Assembly (NCBI RefSeq): GCF_000143415.4
Contig: NW_003314567.1
Span: 1-11,814, forward strand
DNA length: 11,814 bases
Origin: Selaginella moellendorffii
Taxonomy: Eukaryota; Plantae; Lycopodiophyta
Direction of reading: 5' to 3'
The translations under genes were made by a program, and so were the position numbers. The notes under the pieces are model-generated. The model saw only the letters and a list, made by a program, of their open reading frames with translations. It had not been told where the DNA came from and did no database searches. Position 1 is the stretch's first letter. Every line of letters starts with the position of its first letter. Shown piece after piece: positions 9,791 to 11,814 of the stretch.

Positions 9791-9792
9791 TG

Positions 9793-9838
9793 TGACTAAT
9801 ATTGACTTTTAAGGTCATGGTCAAACTATTTGCTTAAT
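9793..9838 (+). repeat. Direct repeat, copy 2 (partner 1226-1277)
   Basis: tgactaatattgacttttaaggtcatggtcaaactatttgcttaat; 20-bp exact core shared with 1258-1277. Confidence 0.8.
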
Positions 9839-10872
9839 GTAAATATGAGCAAGGATAATTCAACCATGTCAGAACGCAGGACTATTCATTTAGAAACTCA
9901 TGCTTGTAGACAAACCTATGTTCTCAGCTTGACAAGAAACAAAGAAAAGAAAAAAGTGAAGTTGCTGTTTAGGACATTTAGCTTATTAGATTTCACGGAA
10001 CAACTAATTTAAAAAATTTACAACTGTATTAACGTCTCCCGGAGTAGATTTCTAGGATCCTAAAAACTAGACCCTATAGCAGGAGATGTCACGCCTACTG
10101 ATCAGTATGTAAGCATTTGCCAAAGAAAACTTATAATGTGCTCGACAAAGTTCGTGAGTTACAGAAGGAGGTAAAGCTTGACGGTTTTGAGGGCCTCCCT
10201 TTGCCTTGTTCCATCAGCACTGGCTGTGCTGTGCCAAGCCGTTTACAATAAAAACGCCCAGTAGCATTCTCTACGAGTTCTATTCTCGAAGTTCTGTTCC
10301 TTGTCAAAATCCATTTAGATATTCCCTTGTCTGAGAGACCTTGTTCCTCTACAATATTATTGCGACAGTGTTCCTAGGTCGTTTGCATCAAAGCGACAGG
10401 ATGGGAAAATCCGGCAAGATGGAGAGCCAAATGGCACTCACAGCCCCACGACTAAGCCATCAACTCGGCTTAGAGCTGATTGAGCGTGTCCCTGGCTAAC
10501 TTGTGGTAACCTTGAGTGCGAAGAATCTACAAAGACCAACAAGACAATGATAATGATCTCCACATGTGGCATACTGTCCTGTTTCGTTTTATTAATATAT
10601 CACAAAGAATACGTAAGAATACCACAAGGCTATAAACAGTATATAGATAAACTTATCATCACCTTTCAATGTTCCAGTCATTGACAAAAGTACTTGGAAT
10701 CCAAAGCATCTGGGTTTTAGATATTTATTACTTTTATTGTCAAGTCTTTGTTTCCCTGATTGTCTCTTTTCAGAAATTGAGATTAAAAAATATAAAGACA
10801 ATAGATAGCTGTTATAGGTCATGTATTTAGAAAGATGTTTTAGCTTGAGGCATCTTTGGCTCAATTTAGATA

Positions 10873-11814
10873 TTAGAAACCAAAGATGTTATCTGCAGCT
10901 TCCACAGCCTTCTTTTTGGCGTCTGGGTTCATCTCGTCAATGGTCTCCTTGCGCGGCTTAAACTTACGGAAGGTGAACTCTGCAAATAGAACAAAAGGAG
11001 CGTGCAGTCTTCAGTGGTTTACATTAGACACCTCACCTCCAATGATGCCATTGGAATCCTCCTGATGGAACACGATACGGTTGCTATCAGACCAAGCAAA
11101 GAGTTTGATGCGGTACACCTGTACTCGTAAGCATGAGCTGTGACTGAAATACAAAAGGCAGCCTGGGCACAAACCTTGAAGTACGGGTTTTGCATATCAG
11201 GGTACCTTAAGACCCCGATGTCAATTATGGTCTTCTCGTGGTGCTCATGCTTGGCAAAGAAATTTTCAAAGCTGGTAATGGTCGCCCCTGACTGAGCAAC
11301 AATTTCCCCAACAACTTTAATGTCGATCTTGGTTGATTTCAGGACGTCCTCATCTGCGATGAGATTCACAAACCAGACCTGAACCTGTGCCGAGAGAAGG
11401 CCGCAAAGGTTAATAGAGCTCTTCCACAATACATGACTCTATTACCGCTTTCACAATAGCTGGGTCCGGTGACCCGTCAATCTTGAAATCGCTAGAGCTT
11501 TTGTTGAGAAACTTGTCAGCTCTGCTAATCCCATCGCCCATTGGCTCAACCAGGGGATTTTGCATGAACATGGAGTTGACCTTCTCCCAAGTTCGCTCTT
11601 TCGGTGCCACTTTGGCTAGAAGGTCTGTGTTTCCCGAGATGCAAACTTGAGAACCCTCATCCATCTTCTTCACTGTTTCTGCATTCAATGTCCCATACGA
11701 TGGTGCCAGATTGGTGTGGAGGTAATCCTTAGCACTCTTGGAACGCACATCAATCTGGAGCATTCCACAAGGAGTTAAGCACTGCTCTGGCAAAGACAGG
11801 TTCAACTTACCCTT
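10873..11814 (-). CDS. Apparently intact multi-exon gene of unknown function, 5' end outside the window; exons >11814-11811, 11754-11446, 11384-11175, 11118-11037, 10979-10873
   Basis: Four GT-AG introns of 56, 61, 56 and 57 nt join an uninterrupted 235-aa frame: IDVRSKSAKDYLHTNLAPSYGTL...FKIDGSPDPAIVKA|VQVWFVNLIADEDVL...DIGVLRYPDMQNPYFK|VYRIKLFAWSDSNRIVFHQEDSNGIIG|EFTFRKFKPRKETIDEMNPDAKKKAVEAADNIFGF* (TAA 10873-10875). Exon lengths of 309, 210, 82 and 107 nt are phase-consistent. Confidence 0.88.

Noticed and set aside
1226-9838. LTR retrotransposon or Helitron call for the repeat-bounded block
   Set aside because: The repeats are too short and divergent for LTRs. No PBS, PPT, gag or pol, and no convincing Helitron hairpin-CTRR end was found.
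10130-10530. Coding-like segment after a possible minus-strand acceptor (tttgtag, ~10528)
   Set aside because: Stops in all three minus frames and no recognisable family; cannot be supported as a feature.
10592-10864. 90-aa minus ORF downstream of the intact gene
   Set aside because: AT-rich 3' flank with a non-ATG start; likely spurious.
11019-11805. ORFs 11410-11805 and 11019-11429 as two separate genes
   Set aside because: They are exons of one spliced gene plus intron read-through.

Overview
Eukaryotic, intron-dense plant DNA. Introns of about 50-75 nt and a GC-rich short-repeat PPR gene point to a lycophyte such as Selaginella (inference). Most of the window is a mosaic of decayed gene copies joined with little or no intergenic DNA: a near full-length, ~18-exon Nup85 copy with frameshifts (minus, 1340-~4508); a LIMR/LMBR1 copy truncated at both ends (plus, 4521-6312); a fragmented PPR pseudogene (minus, ~6313-7592); and a degraded Crinkler/RHS-type restriction-endonuclease-fold + kinase gene (minus, ~7796-9300), possibly followed by a second, inverted fragment of the same family. 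This ~8.5 kb block is bracketed by a ~50 bp direct repeat (1226-1277 and 9793-9838). The only gene that looks intact is a multi-exon gene of unknown function at the right edge (minus, 10873 to beyond 11814; 235 aa visible). A frameshifted inverted copy of part of it lies at the left edge (1-97). All family assignments come from hand translation and recalled motifs; no searches were run.
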